A stretch of DNA of 64,000 bases from Octopus vulgaris. Lineage: Eukaryota. The notes beneath the pieces are model-generated. The model searched no databases. It saw nothing but the letters and a program-made list of their open reading frames with translations, and was not told the DNA's origin. The stretch covers positions 96,100,001 to 96,164,000 of the forward strand of contig OX597822.1 of the NCBI GenBank assembly GCA_951406725.2, in the 5' to 3' direction. Position 1 is the stretch's first letter; the number at the start of each line of letters is the position of its first letter. This document shows positions 40,583 through 53,438 of the stretch, one piece after another. A program made the translations under genes and the position numbers.

Positions 40583-40950
40583 GACCTCGAACACACAAGT
40601 GCAAACAAGGGAGTCAGAGAAAGGCAGAATGCCACTTATATCTGAACACTACTATAGAAATATTCCTTTAAAAAAACTTTTCTTCTAATTTTTCTAAATT
40701 TAATTATTTAATCGTTACAGTTGAAAAGGTCTCAAAATGACCGAAACCGGTACTGAAATGTTCACTATAAAATTATTTTAGCATTTTCTATTTTTGACTT
40801 GTTTTTTCATATATATCAACTCGTGTGTTCCTTTTCACCCTTATACATATATATACATATATATACATATATACATACATATATATACATATATACATAC
40901 ATATATATACATATATACATACATATACATATATATATATATACATATGT

Positions 40951-40986
<36 letters not shown>

Positions 40987-41205
40987 TTACATACATATAT
41001 AGGTATACATACATACATACATACATGACTGTATACATTCCAGGTGGAGCCCAGATGGCATACAACAGACTTTTTTTTCAAAAAGAAACAGGAATCGCCT
41101 CCACTACAAGACTATTTGCAAACATTGAAAACATGAAAGCCAAAGTCAACCTCCACGGAATTTGAATTCAGAATGCAACGCTCTGATGACTGTCAGTTCA
41201 CCTTT

Positions 41206-41242
<37 letters not shown>

Positions 41243-41259
41243 TCATAGAAATATATATA

Positions 41260-41667
41260 CTCTTTACTCTTTTACTTGTTTCAGTCATTTGACTGCGGCC
41301 ATGCTGGAGCACCGCCTTTTAGTCGAGCAAATCGACCCCGGGACTTATTCTTTGTAAGCCCAGTACTTATTCTATCGGTCTCTTTTGCCGAACCGCTAAG
41401 TGACGGGGACGTAAACACACCAGCATCGGTTATCAAGCAATGCTAGGGGGACAAACACAGACACAAAAACACACACACACACATATATATATATACATAT
41501 ATACGACGGGCTTCTTTCAGTTTCCGTCTACCAAATCCACTCACAAGGCATTGGTCGGCCCGGGGCTATAGCAGAAGACACTTGCTCAAGATGCCACGCA
41601 GTGGGACTGAACCTGGAACCATGTGGTTGGTTAGCAAGCTACTTACCACACAGCCACTCCTGCGCCT
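41260..41667 (-). mobile_element. SINE family B
   Basis: Full-length match, inserted in (TA)n. Confidence 0.85.
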
Positions 41668-41741
41668 ATATATGCAAGATGTTCTCAAAAAAAGACATGT
41701 CAATATTCATTCCCTTTGACCTTTTAACCCATTACAGATAA

Positions 41742-41970
41742 TGAAAAGAGCTAGACTTAAGTTTGAACAAAGAAAATTCATCCTAAAATGCTACCAGAAA
41801 TTTCGACATTGAGTGGAGGTGCAAAGACAGTTTAGGAGGAAGTTTCCCACGCATCCAACCTACGCGTTTTAACATCACTCGAATTAGAGACAGGTTTGAA
41901 GTGGATGGAGCCGTTCGGGATTGACTTAAAGAAACGTTCCGGAACACTGCGGAGATCAGTGAGCACCATA
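41742..41970 (+). mobile_element. Tc1/mariner-superfamily transposase N-terminal HTH fragment (DUF4817-like)
   Basis: MKRARLKFEQRKFILKCY...VEVQRQFRRKFP...RIRDRFEVDG with a stop and frameshifts. Confidence 0.55.
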
Positions 41971-42154
41971 AAAGCTAAATCATCTTTTCTTTAATGGGTC
42001 TTTTTGGCGGGGCTTTTTTTTTTTTTTTGATTCCCCAAGTCTGAAAACAGAAGCTTTTTAGCAAACTGAATCCCTAACCTCCTGTATTAGAGTCTTTGAT
42101 TCTCCGCCGCCAGAAACTCTTTTAATTTACTCAGATTGGTGAGATATGACTCAG

Positions 42155-42197
<43 letters not shown>

Positions 42198-42225
42198 CAG
42201 CAGCAGTAGTAGTAGTAGCAGCAGC

Positions 42226-42275
<50 letters not shown>

Positions 42276-42567
42276 CTATGGTAGTAGTAGTAGTAGTAGT
42301 AGAGTAGCTATGGTAGTAGTAGCAAGTAGTAGTAGTAGTATTAGCAGATTAGTAGTAGAGTAGTAGTAGTAGTAGTTGTAGTAGTAGTAGTAGTAGTAGC
42401 TATGGTAGTAGTAGTAGTAGTAGTAGCTATGGTAGTAGTAGAAGTAGTAGTAGTAGTATTAGGATTAGTAGTAGTAGTAGTAGTTGTTGTTGTTGTTGTT
42501 GTAGTAGTAGTAGTAGTAGTAGTAGCTATGGTAGTAGTAGAAGTAGTAGTAGTAGTATTAGGATTAT

Positions 42568-42654
<87 letters not shown>

Positions 42655-42693
42655 CTATGGTAGTAGTAGAAGTAGTAGTAGTAGTATTAGGAT

Positions 42694-42766
<73 letters not shown>

Positions 42767-42781
42767 TGTTGTTGTTGTTGT

Positions 42782-42823
<42 letters not shown>

Positions 42824-42826
42824 CAG
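42155..42826. repeat. (TAG)n microsatellite with a higher-order interruption pattern
   Basis: The cassette GCTATG(GTA)nGAA(GTA)nTTAGGATTA recurs three times, plus a degenerate earlier copy. Confidence 0.9.
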
Positions 42827-42914
42827 TGTACATTATAACTGTCACTCTGTCTCTGCAACAAAACCGGCAGAAGAATTGACGGCTTATTGCAAAGGAAGAT
42901 CTATGAGGAACGAT

Positions 42915-43250
42915 ACCAGTGCGTAACTGGTACTTATCTAATCGACCCCGAAAGGATCAAAGGCAAAGTCGACCTCGGCGGAATTTGAACTCAGAACGTA
43001 TAGGCAGACGGAATACCTATTTCTTTATTACCCACAAGGGGCTAAACACAGAGGGGACAAACAAGGACAGACATAGGTATTAAGTCGATTACATCGACCC
43101 CAGTGCGTAACTGGTACTTAATTTATCGACCCCGAAAGGATGAAAGGCAAAGTCGACCTCGGCGGAATTTAAACTCACAACGTAACGGCAGACGAAATAC
43201 CGCTAAGCATTTCGCCCGGTATGCTAACGATTCTGCCAGCTCATCGCCTT
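42915..43250 (-). mobile_element. SINE family C dimer (second body partial)
   Basis: Same junction at 43017. Confidence 0.8.
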
Positions 43251-43266
43251 AACAACAACAACAACA

Positions 43267-43300
<34 letters not shown>

Positions 43301-43796
43301 GTAATAATAATAATAATAATAATTATAATTTCATGGAAGCGAATTTTCGTTTAGAAATATTGATTTAAATATTAAATAAAGTTAAAATGCCTATAAAATT
43401 AGCTCTGCATATTTTATATATTCCACCTGTTGCAGCTATATGTATACGAATACCTCTAGGAAGCCATGACTAGACGGGTGAACTAGATAAATAAATGATA
43501 ATGTTTAAACAGCAGTATTAAAATGATGGTTTCTCATTATATATTCAAAGAATCCATAGCTTATACTAACTAGCTCCTCATACGGATTCAGCTATCAGAC
43601 CACAAAATAATCAAATACAGAGAAGTGTGATGCAGTGCGTCTATGCAGTTGAAATCTAGATCTGATCAATGAAATTAATTCACGATGAATATAAACCATA
43701 AAAGGTCGGAATGTATAGAGATGAATATATTTATTTTAACCAGTTGACATTGTTAGGATCACAGCCGTTTCGCAGCCGTCTTCATGTAGTAATAGT

Positions 43797-44180
43797 GGAG
43801 GCGCAATGGCCCAGTGGTAGGGCAGCGGACTCGCGGTCATAGGATCGCGGTTTCGATTCCCAGACCGGGCGTTGCGAGTGTTTATTGAGCAAAAACACCT
43901 AAAAAGCTCCACGATGCTCCGGCAGGGGATGGTGGTGATCCCTGCTGTACTCTTTCACCACAACTTTCTCTCACTCTTACTTCCTGTTTCTGTTGTACCT
44001 GTATTTCAAAGGGCCGGCCTTGTCACTCTCTGTGTCACGCTGAATATCCCCGAGAACTACGTTAAGGGTACACGTGTCTGTGGAGTGCTCAGCCACTTAC
44101 ACGTTAATTTCACGAGCAGGCTGTTCCGTTGATTCGGATCAACCGGAACCCTCGTCGTCGTAACCGACGGAGTGCTTCCG
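43797..44180 (+). mobile_element. SINE family A, full length
   Basis: TSD CATGTAGTAATA. Confidence 0.9.
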
Positions 44181-44598
44181 TCCATGTAGTAATAATTTCA
44201 GTGTAAAATAAAATTATGCTTACGTGTTTGCATTAATATTCATGCTTTGCATTATACAATGCAATTGTTTATTCACAACTCAATGCAAATAATGGTTGCT
44301 CATCATGTCACCAGAGCATCATGGTTGCAGTAACATTTCATCACTTGGGTATACGTACAAAATTTTCTTTTTATATATTCAACGTATCGAAGCCTGAAAT
44401 TAGCTTGGTTTGGTCAGTAACAATAAAGATACGTTGTTTCATATCAAGGTGCTAGACAGAAGTTCAGCGGGTTGACATTTTGTAATATTAACATCCCATA
44501 CATTATATTGGTAAAAGGTTGGTTATAATGTCTTAACTGTTGTTTAGGTGAGGTTTTCACAAAGTATGGACTGATTTCGAATTTATAGTTGAGCCTGG

Positions 44599-45017
44599 GG
44601 ATCTTTTCGGTTTGAACGGCAGTTTTTTCTAGCAGTGTCATATGAAATTGTCACCCATAATTATGACCCTAGTATCGATCTATTGCATTTCAATCTATTT
44701 TAGGGTTAGGGTTAGTTAGGATTAGGGTAGGGGTGGGGGAAGGTATCTTTTTTTCTTCACAAATGTAAATAAACCCAATCTGTTTCTTAAACGAGGGACA
44801 TATTCATACAGCACAGAATGCTTTTTAACTCAATAGACGTCACTGATTGGTTGAAATTGCAGAAATTGAAGAAAAAAACAACAAATATCTTACAAACTAT
44901 AGCATTTTATCAATAAAGCCAAGAGAAAAATATGTTTTATAAACAGTATACGAAGTTTAAAATTTTTTAGTTACCTAGAAATTATGTCAAAAACTGCCGT
45001 TCAAACCGAAAAGATCC
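44599..45017 (+). mobile_element. MITE, same family as 4746-5173 (flanks do not match each other)
   Basis: Same TIRs and body; left flank GAGCCTGG, right flank CGTTATTC. Confidence 0.85.
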
Positions 45018-46059
45018 CGTTATTCCGAGATGTTCTTCATTCTTGTAAAGTGGAAATAGTTTGTGGATTCGTAGATTGTGCAGGTCGCTTGTTTTGTTAT
45101 GGTATTGTTTGGTTTTCTTCATAGGTAACCTAATTAGATGTTGGTTTCAAATTTTGGCACAAGTCCAGCGATTTCGAAGGAGGAGATAAGTCGATTACAT
45201 CAGCCCCATCACTAAAACTGGTACTTATTTTATCGACACCGAAAGGATGAAAGACAAAGACGAACTCGGCAGAATTTGAACTCAGAACGTAGAGAAGGAC
45301 GAAGTGTCGCAAAGCACTGAATCAGAATGACTTTTACCATCTGAGTTCAATTCACGCCGAGATCAATTTTGCCTTTCCTTCTGTCTGGGGTCAATATAAA
45401 GTAGTAAATTCAAAATAGTAGGTTGGCAGAACTGTTATAGGATTAGGCAAGGTGACTTGCCGTATCTGTTTTGACTGATTCGCTCAAACCTAACCTTGAC
45501 TAACAGAAACCCCAGTATATTTTATCTGTCGGAAATAACGATGCCTACTTACGTATGTTAGAACATTTAGTGAGTATGAAAATCTGTAACATCTGTCTTC
45601 AATGACCGCCATTTAAAACAGCTCCTTAGAGAGTGAAACTTTGAAACGTAAAGAGAGTCAGCAAATAGAACAATCGCCATTACTAAACGTGCTTTAATTC
45701 TAAACATCAGATTGACCTTAAAATCATGAACGGTTCCGCTCTACTGAAGACTAACTGAAGACAATATCTTAATGAATACCAAATGGGATGTGACTAGCGT
45801 ATGAGATGTGAACAAAGAAAAGGTATATTGGAGAAACAGCCAATATCTTAGGCTACATATTGAAGAGCATAAACAATAAATGACTAACAGCTGGAGCAGA
45901 GAAAAAATAAGACTCAATGCCGAAATATTTAAGCGGTAAGTGACCGGGGTTCCTGGAAGCTTGGCTTATCTAACCAGCCTATACATCTAAAGAGGAAGAA
46001 GTTATTGCTGTGTCTTTCCTCTGGTTAGAACGCTTGAACAGACCCACGTTGCTTGTTGA

Positions 46060-46408
46060 AATGAGCAGCTGCAATACTGAGACCCCTTCGGTCACGACAC
46101 AGACCATGGGATTGCACCGAGAAAGTTACCCTCCCAGGCACAAGTCCGGGCAAGGCTGTTTATGGAAGACCAGCAGTCGCCCATGCATACCTGCCTCCCC
46201 TCCCAACGCCACCAGTGTTATCCAAGGGGAAAGCAAAGGGGCCGATACAGCTTGGCACCAGTGACGTTGCAATTCATTTCTACAGCTGAGTGAACTGGAA
46301 CAACGTGAAATAAAGTGTCTTGCTCAAGAACACAACACGCAGCCCGGTCCGGGATTCGAGCTCACAACCTCACGATCGTAAGCTCGACGCTCTAACCACT
46401 GAGCCATG
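46060..46408 (-). mobile_element. tRNA-derived SINE family D
   Basis: Head GCATGGCTCAGTGGTTAGAGCG...TCGAATCCC followed by GTGTTCTTGAGCAAGACACTT. Confidence 0.7.
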
Positions 46409-46841
46409 CTGCAATACACACATACACACATACAAACACATGCACACACACACACACACACACACACATTGCCTTATCTTTGAATTTTAAACGAAGAAGA
46501 AGACGACGAGAAAAAGGATCAAAGAAGAAGAAGAACAACAACAACATTGAAGTTCTTGTTTTTGTTTTATCCATCGTAGGAGTCATCAAAAATGCTAAGT
46601 ACTTTAAGGTAGGGTTGAACAAGTCTTCTACAGACTCAAACATTGCAGATAAGAAAATGCGATAAAGCGATCTAATTTCTAATCAAAGATAAATCAACTT
46701 CCACTTTACAAAAATAGCTAATGAATTTCGAATGATGATGGCGTCGGTGACAGAGATAGGGGCGGTGTCAGTAATGTTTTTGATAGTGGTGGTGAATGCA
46801 GGAGTATAAACATTCTAAAGTACACTTCCTGTTAGTTTAAA

Positions 46842-47784
46842 GTAGCGCTTCTATAAATTATGTCACGATCCCAAATGGGGTCACGAAGCGAAATGCTGGG
46901 GTCGCGGAAATTGAACTCAAACACTTCAATTTCAGTTTATACTACCCTTGACTTATTTGGTCACCTGGAAAGTCTGAGTTTCTCAGCAACGGAGTTCTGT
47001 TTCCTGGTCCCCTCCCCCCCCCTCCACTTTTACTGGTTATTTCGCATGCTTTCAACGAATGTGACATCAAAATCATGCGCAAGCGGCTCCTTTCCCCGGA
47101 AAAGTGAAGATTTGGCTGCTATTTCTTGCATGCCCTGCTACCACATAACAGGTATTTCGGATCCTTTATCGCAAATAGCTGTTACGTGGGGGCGTGGTGT
47201 GCTAGAAATAGGAACGAACTCTTTGGGGGCTGAGATACGTTGAATGCACTCGAAAAAAATTTTTGTAATGGTACTCCCTTGGGACGATCTTTCGCTTTGA
47301 CTCTCAGAACTGTCATCCAGATCAGCTTGTTTTGTTTGTTAATTTCCGTAAAAAAATTTCATTTATTTACTTTTGTTTTAAAGTGAAATATGTATAAACG
47401 TATATATGAAATGGACGTGTGTGTATGTGTGTGTGTGCGTGTGTAAGAGTGAGAGAGAGAGAGGGAGGGAGAGAGTGCCATTTACACATACATGAGATCA
47501 CACACGTTCACTCACTCACTCACTCTCTCTAACACAAACACATGCACACGCACATACAAAAAGATGTACGTATATGTATTGATGTGTGTGCGTATACATG
47601 ACAACACACCCCTTCACTCACTATTTCTCTCTTTTTCTATCTCTCTTTCTATCTCTATCTCTCTTCCTCTCTCTCTCTCTCTTTTTCTATCTCTATCTCT
47701 CTTCCTCTCTCTCTCTTTTTCTATCTCTCTCTTATCTCTCTCTTTCTCTCTTTCTGTGTGTCTGTCTGTCTGTCTCTCTCTCTG

Positions 47785-47846
<62 letters not shown>

Positions 47847-49652
47847 ACACACACACACGGGCATTTCATGTGCACGTACATTCATCTTTCACTTTCTCCT
47901 CTCATTTTAAAACAAAAGTAAATGAATAAAAAAATTTTAGGGAAATGAATGACTTGAAAATAATTTTAAATTAGCGTTGAAATATTGTCTGTTTAATGAA
48001 AGCTAAAATATAAATACTTACTGTACAAACAACTTATATTTTTGAAATCACATTCACTTAAAAATAGTTCTAAATGATAAAAATATTGAGGACGTCAAAA
48101 AGTCGACTTTTTGTTTTTCTTAGAAAGCACGAAGACTATGTGTGTATATGTCACAGATAGCGGACATGTGTTTGTGCTGATTGACAAGCCATGACATTCA
48201 TTATATGTGCGTGTATTCTGTATGTGTGTGTTGACGTCATGGAAGCCATGTATTTTTTTCGTCAAGAAATAACAAACATGAATTGTGTTTACTCGTTTTC
48301 GTCAATAAATAGAGGTCAAAATGTTACAAAAATTCGTACTGCACTGCCGAAGGTAAGTATGAAAATAAATATTCAAAAAATAAAATTAAGATAAAATATA
48401 CTATTTCTAAGATATTTCGGGTACAGACAAACATCCCTAGGGTTTTAGAATTATCACGATATTATTACAGATATGCACAATATTTACCGTGATGGGCCAC
48501 GCAAACGCTGCTGTAAGGAAACGCGCGTGCGGTGCCGTTGCGAGTAGTGCAGTGACAACGTATGTATTTTCAGTGTAGTTGTTTGATTGTGTTCATCTTA
48601 ATAGGTGGATAAATGACAATAAATGATACTGTTTTATTCGATTGAGGTCGGTATTTATTTAAGTAATTTCATAATAAATATTTTATGAAATGTTATTTTA
48701 ATTATATTTCAAAATGAAAATATTTTCACTCATGGATAAATGGCTGAACTTGAGTAACAAAAGTAATGACGCAAATGGCAATGCTACAACGTCTGTTCAA
48801 GCAGGACCTAGTAATCAGAAAGAGGCACCTAAGATGTGAAAAAGAAAATACCATGATTCATATCTCCAATTTGGCTTTACTTTTAATAATATCGATGGTA
48901 TGGAACAACCTCTTTATTTAATTTGCAATAACGTTTTGGACGTGGAGAGTATGAAACCTTCAAAATTAAAAAGGCATCTTGAATCCAAACATAGAAAAAC
49001 ATAATTTTGAGAAACACAGTTTCGCAAATATCTCATATCGAATTTTTATTTTAAAAAGTTATCTTGAAATCAGGAACCATTTTCAGTTGACATTGATGGT
49101 ATTAATCATCTGCCATATAAAGCCCAAGAGGAATTCCCTGAGCTATCCAGGGATTCAAACTTGAAACTTGAATTTACAAAACAATCTTTGAGTGAATTCT
49201 GGATCGGAGCTAACAATTTCTGAAATGGCATCACATGTTTTGTTTTTTTTGTCATTTAGCACCATATACCAATGTGAAACGACTTTTTCACCTTTAGCTC
49301 TTATTAAGAACTAATATTGTTCAACGCTGAAAAATGCAGAAGATGCTTTACGTCCATCAGTGCCAAATATTGCACCAAAGTTTAATTTTTTATACAGCTA
49401 AAAAAACAAGCACATCTGTCACGTTGATTTTTGCTTTGGTTTATTTTTGTACATGAAACATATCCTAAAACTACTTTTATTTTTGACAAATAATATAACT
49501 ACTTTTTTCATATGTATACTGTTCAGCAAAAAAAAACAAAAATGATTTATGTATTTATTTGTATGTTTTATTTCATGTTTAATACCTGGGGTCGCGAAAA
49601 ATCTCATGATGAAAAATGGGGTTATGAATGAAAAAGTTTAAGAGCTGGTTTT
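46842..49652 (+). mobile_element. Internally deleted hAT (Buster/Charlie-like) transposon
   Basis: KRKYHDSYLQFGFT...PLYLICNNVLDVESMKPSKLKRHLESKH (48840-48990); dimerisation-domain remnant LSEFW...FSTIYQCETTFS (49170-49380); GGGGTCRCG subterminal motifs at both ends. Confidence 0.75.
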
Positions 49653-49688
49653 AAGTGATGACATATGCGACTGTTTAATAAGTCATTA

Positions 49689-49724
<36 letters not shown>

Positions 49725-49733
49725 GTGTATGTC

Positions 49734-49766
<33 letters not shown>

Positions 49767-49767
49767 A

Positions 49768-49811
<44 letters not shown>

Positions 49812-49812
49812 T

Positions 49813-49849
<37 letters not shown>

Positions 49850-49873
49850 GACATACACACACACATATATTTT

Positions 49874-49923
<50 letters not shown>

Positions 49924-49994
49924 TTTCTCTTCAGTGGTACAAATAACAAGAGGATAGGGAGAAGGAAAAAAATCAGTGAAGGAAGAGAGATATT

Positions 49995-50043
<49 letters not shown>

Positions 50044-51021
50044 GGTGGGGAGAGAGATGATAAAACAGAGAAGTGAAGGCAATAACGAAAACATAAACTT
50101 TAGGAAACGTTAATCTTGATAATTATGCCTATTCGTTACTTTTTCGCCAAGACAGTTGGTCCCTCTTTACATATAGCAATATTATTTGATGAAGGTTGCA
50201 TTAATTTATTACCACTTCTAATATAATAAATGCGAATGTCATCAGTGTGTCAGGGAGTCACACTTTTCCAACTTTATTCCTAGATGCAAGTAGCCCAACC
50301 ATTCATACCATTTGGGAATTAGGCTGACACCGTGAGTAAATTCCGGGCCGAATCAGGACCCTGAAGTTTTGGATTCCCAAGTTTTCATTATTGCGATTGC
50401 TTTCAGCGATTTTTTAACGTGATTTTTTTTGCGACGAATTTTTTAGTACGATAACAAATTTTACTAGCTGGACCAAAAAAATATAAGCATCTGTAGATAG
50501 TGACTTCATTTCATAACTATCGAATAATTATGGGCATAACTACCGATGTATATCCCACCGAGTTTGTTGCTTCATAAATTCCATAAATAACAGCTTAGAT
50601 CCTGTTGATTGAGTGTATGTTAAGATTTGTTGGAAAAAAATTTTCTGAGGGACTAGGGAGAGGAGTTTCGACAATTCACACGACCTGACATTTTCCGCCT
50701 CATAACTTTCAGGAAAATTGGTACATTTTAATGAAATTTTATACGACTACCTTTCAAACGGCTTTATCATATATCGTCCAAAGCAAAAGATTTTCCAGCG
50801 TTTTATCTCTGAGAATAGCTTCGTTCTCTTTCACTATCATTTTCTGTCGACTTCTTTCGTTCACTCAATCTTTCTCGCTTCCCCCTCGTTCCCCTCTCCC
50901 TCTATGTCTCTTTGCCTCTAACTTTCCTCCTGCGTTTAACGCAGTATATTTCTCTTACCTCTCACTGCTATCAATGTCCTCTCTCTCTCTTGCTCTCTCT
51001 CTCTCTCTCTCTCTCTCTCTT

Positions 51022-51067
<46 letters not shown>

Positions 51068-51652
51068 GCTCCCACACTCCCTCTTACTCCCTATTCTTTG
51101 CCGCTTTGTCTCTTCAACTTTACTTCTGCTTAACAAGTTTCATTTTTCTCTTTTCACCTCTTCCTTTCAACTAAGGTACGTACGTACGTAAATACGTAGG
51201 TTATTAATATATAAATATAACAATTTTTATAGCTTGGAAATAAATTTGGGAGTAATCGAAATAAATTGCGAAATCCAGCGAAAGTCATCCATGAAACAGA
51301 ATTATTTGTACGAAAATTAAGGACCTACATACATCAAATTGTCTTTGAATTAAGTGGCGGCAGAAGAATTATCATTGAACTTTTAAAAGGTAAGCTTAAA
51401 TATTAATGTAATACTTAAATGCAGCGATCAATTTTCAATTCATTTGTAGTTTATAGCTGCCTATCGCACACAGCAGCAGTGTGACTCGTAAAAATAAATC
51501 TCCGCCAACAGAGGACCAAATTGAAATCAAAAGAGCAAGAGCCAATAGTAAGACAGAAGAAGTTAATGTATTACTATTCTGGTACAAAGACATACAACGG
51601 TATCCGAAGACTACCTACTATTGTAACTACTTGCGTAAAGCAGCAACTACAG

Positions 51653-52085
51653 TGGAGGCGCAATGGCCCAATGGTCAGGGCAGCGGACTCGCGGTCGGAG
51701 GATCGCGGTTTCGATTCCCAGACCGGGCGTTGTGTGTGTTTATTGAGCGAAAACACCTAAAGCTCCACGAGGCTCCGGCTGGGGGTGGGGTGGCGACTCC
51801 TGTTGTACTCTTTCGCCCCAACTTTCTCTCACTCTTTCTTCCTGTTTCTTGTCCCCAACTTCCTACGCAACCGCTGAGCCTGGATGCACATTCATCCATC
51901 CGTCGATGCTCTCGGTGTCGGGGGTTGACCTGCTTTCTCTTCTGCGGGTCTTACGAATAGCAAAGGACCACGTTTCGGACTTCTCCCATCTTGCGAGCTC
52001 TGGGACGAAGACCGTTCGCTCAACAGCACAGCAGCATGTACAGTACAACAGCATTCACACATCACACCAGTGGGAGGAACCCACT
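51653..52085 (+). mobile_element. SINE family A variant with another distinct tail
   Basis: Head and body as in family A to ~51850, then an unrelated GC-richer tail; 3' boundary approximate. Confidence 0.7.
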
Positions 52086-52089
52086 TTAC

Positions 52090-52830
52090 AGCAATATTTA
52101 TGCTTTTGTTATTTATAAAGCACTTGCAAAAACCCGTGTTATCTGTACTCTCATTGTTGTTCACGTTTAGCAACAAACTGTTGACAGATCCAGTCTCGCT
52201 TGGAGATACATTTATGTTGTCCACACCGCGATCGTTTCTAGATCGGCAAAATCTTGCAAAATGCTCTAACTTGCCACACTTATAACAATTTTTCCCATAT
52301 GCTGGACATGCATAAATTTTGTGTGTACACCCACAATTTCGACATTTCGCTACAACGTCACGACTGCTCTTGGGGCATTCTTGTTGACCATTAATGTTTG
52401 TTATGGTTTGTCGACCACTCGCAAACAGCGTTTCCGATTCTATGGTGGATGCGAGATCAGCTATTTCAGTGCGATGTCATTTGAGAATGACATCGCAACT
52501 GATCCACATTTTAAAACTTTACTTCTGCCGACGATAATTCCGCGATGAAAATGAGTTTCACGATTTCTTCTTCTGAATTTTCTTCCAACCTATTCAAATG
52601 GTAGAAGGAAGCTTGGGAATAAATCCTAAGAAGAAATTCGTTGATTGTCTCATTTTCTAGTTGCTTCAGTACCAAATAATTTTAAACTGTTCGCAGTTAA
52701 CAGTCTCTCCTTCGGCTTTACTAGTTCTTGCTGCGCATTCGTTATTTGTTGGTATGTTGCATACTGAAGGCTTACCGGAAAAAGAACTTCTTTTAATTTC
52801 ATTATGCCTTTAACTCCACAGGTAGAAAGA
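52090..52830 (-). mobile_element. Gypsy (Mag-like) LTR retrotransposon gag remnant
   Basis: Minus translation CRNCGCTHKIYACPAYGKNCYKCGKLEHFARFCR (two CCHC knuckles) at ~52240-52345; outer limits approximate. Confidence 0.65.
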
Positions 52831-52834
52831 AATA

Positions 52835-53438
52835 CTCTTTACTCTTTACTCTTACTCTTTTACTTGCTTCAGTCATTTGACTACGGCCATGCTGGAGCAC
52901 CGCCTTTAGTCGAGCAAATCGACCCCCAGGACTTATTCTTTGTAAGCTTATTGTATCGGTCTCTTTTGCCGAACCGCTAAGTTACGGGGACGTAAACACA
53001 CCAGCATCGGTTGTCAAGCGATATTGGGGGGACAAACACAGACATACAAACATATACACACACATACATATATTTACTCATATATACGACGGGCTTCTTT
53101 CAGTTTCCGTCTACCAAATCCACTCACAAGGCTTTGGTCGGCCCGGGGCCTAAGTAGAAGACAGTTGCCCAAAGTGCCACGCAGTGGGACTGAACCCGAG
53201 ACCATGTGGTTTGTAAGCAAGCTACTTATCACACAGCCACTCTTGTGCCTATATATATATATATATATATATATATACGATGGGCTTCTTTCAGTTTCCG
53301 TCTACCAAATCCACTCACAAAGCTTTGGCCGGCCCGAGGCTATAGTAGAAGACACTTGCCCAATGTGCCACGCAGTGGGACTGAACCCGGAACCATGTGG
53401 TTGGTAAGTAAGCTACTTGCCACACAGCCACTCCTGCG
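52835..53438 (-). mobile_element. SINE family B plus a duplicated 5' half
   Basis: Full copy at 52835-53250; a second head half at 53277-53438 joined through (TA)n. Confidence 0.8.

Noticed and set aside
43797-43870. tRNA-like sequences with A/B boxes
   Set aside because: They are SINE heads continuous with SINE bodies and TSDs, with no proper acceptor stem or terminator.
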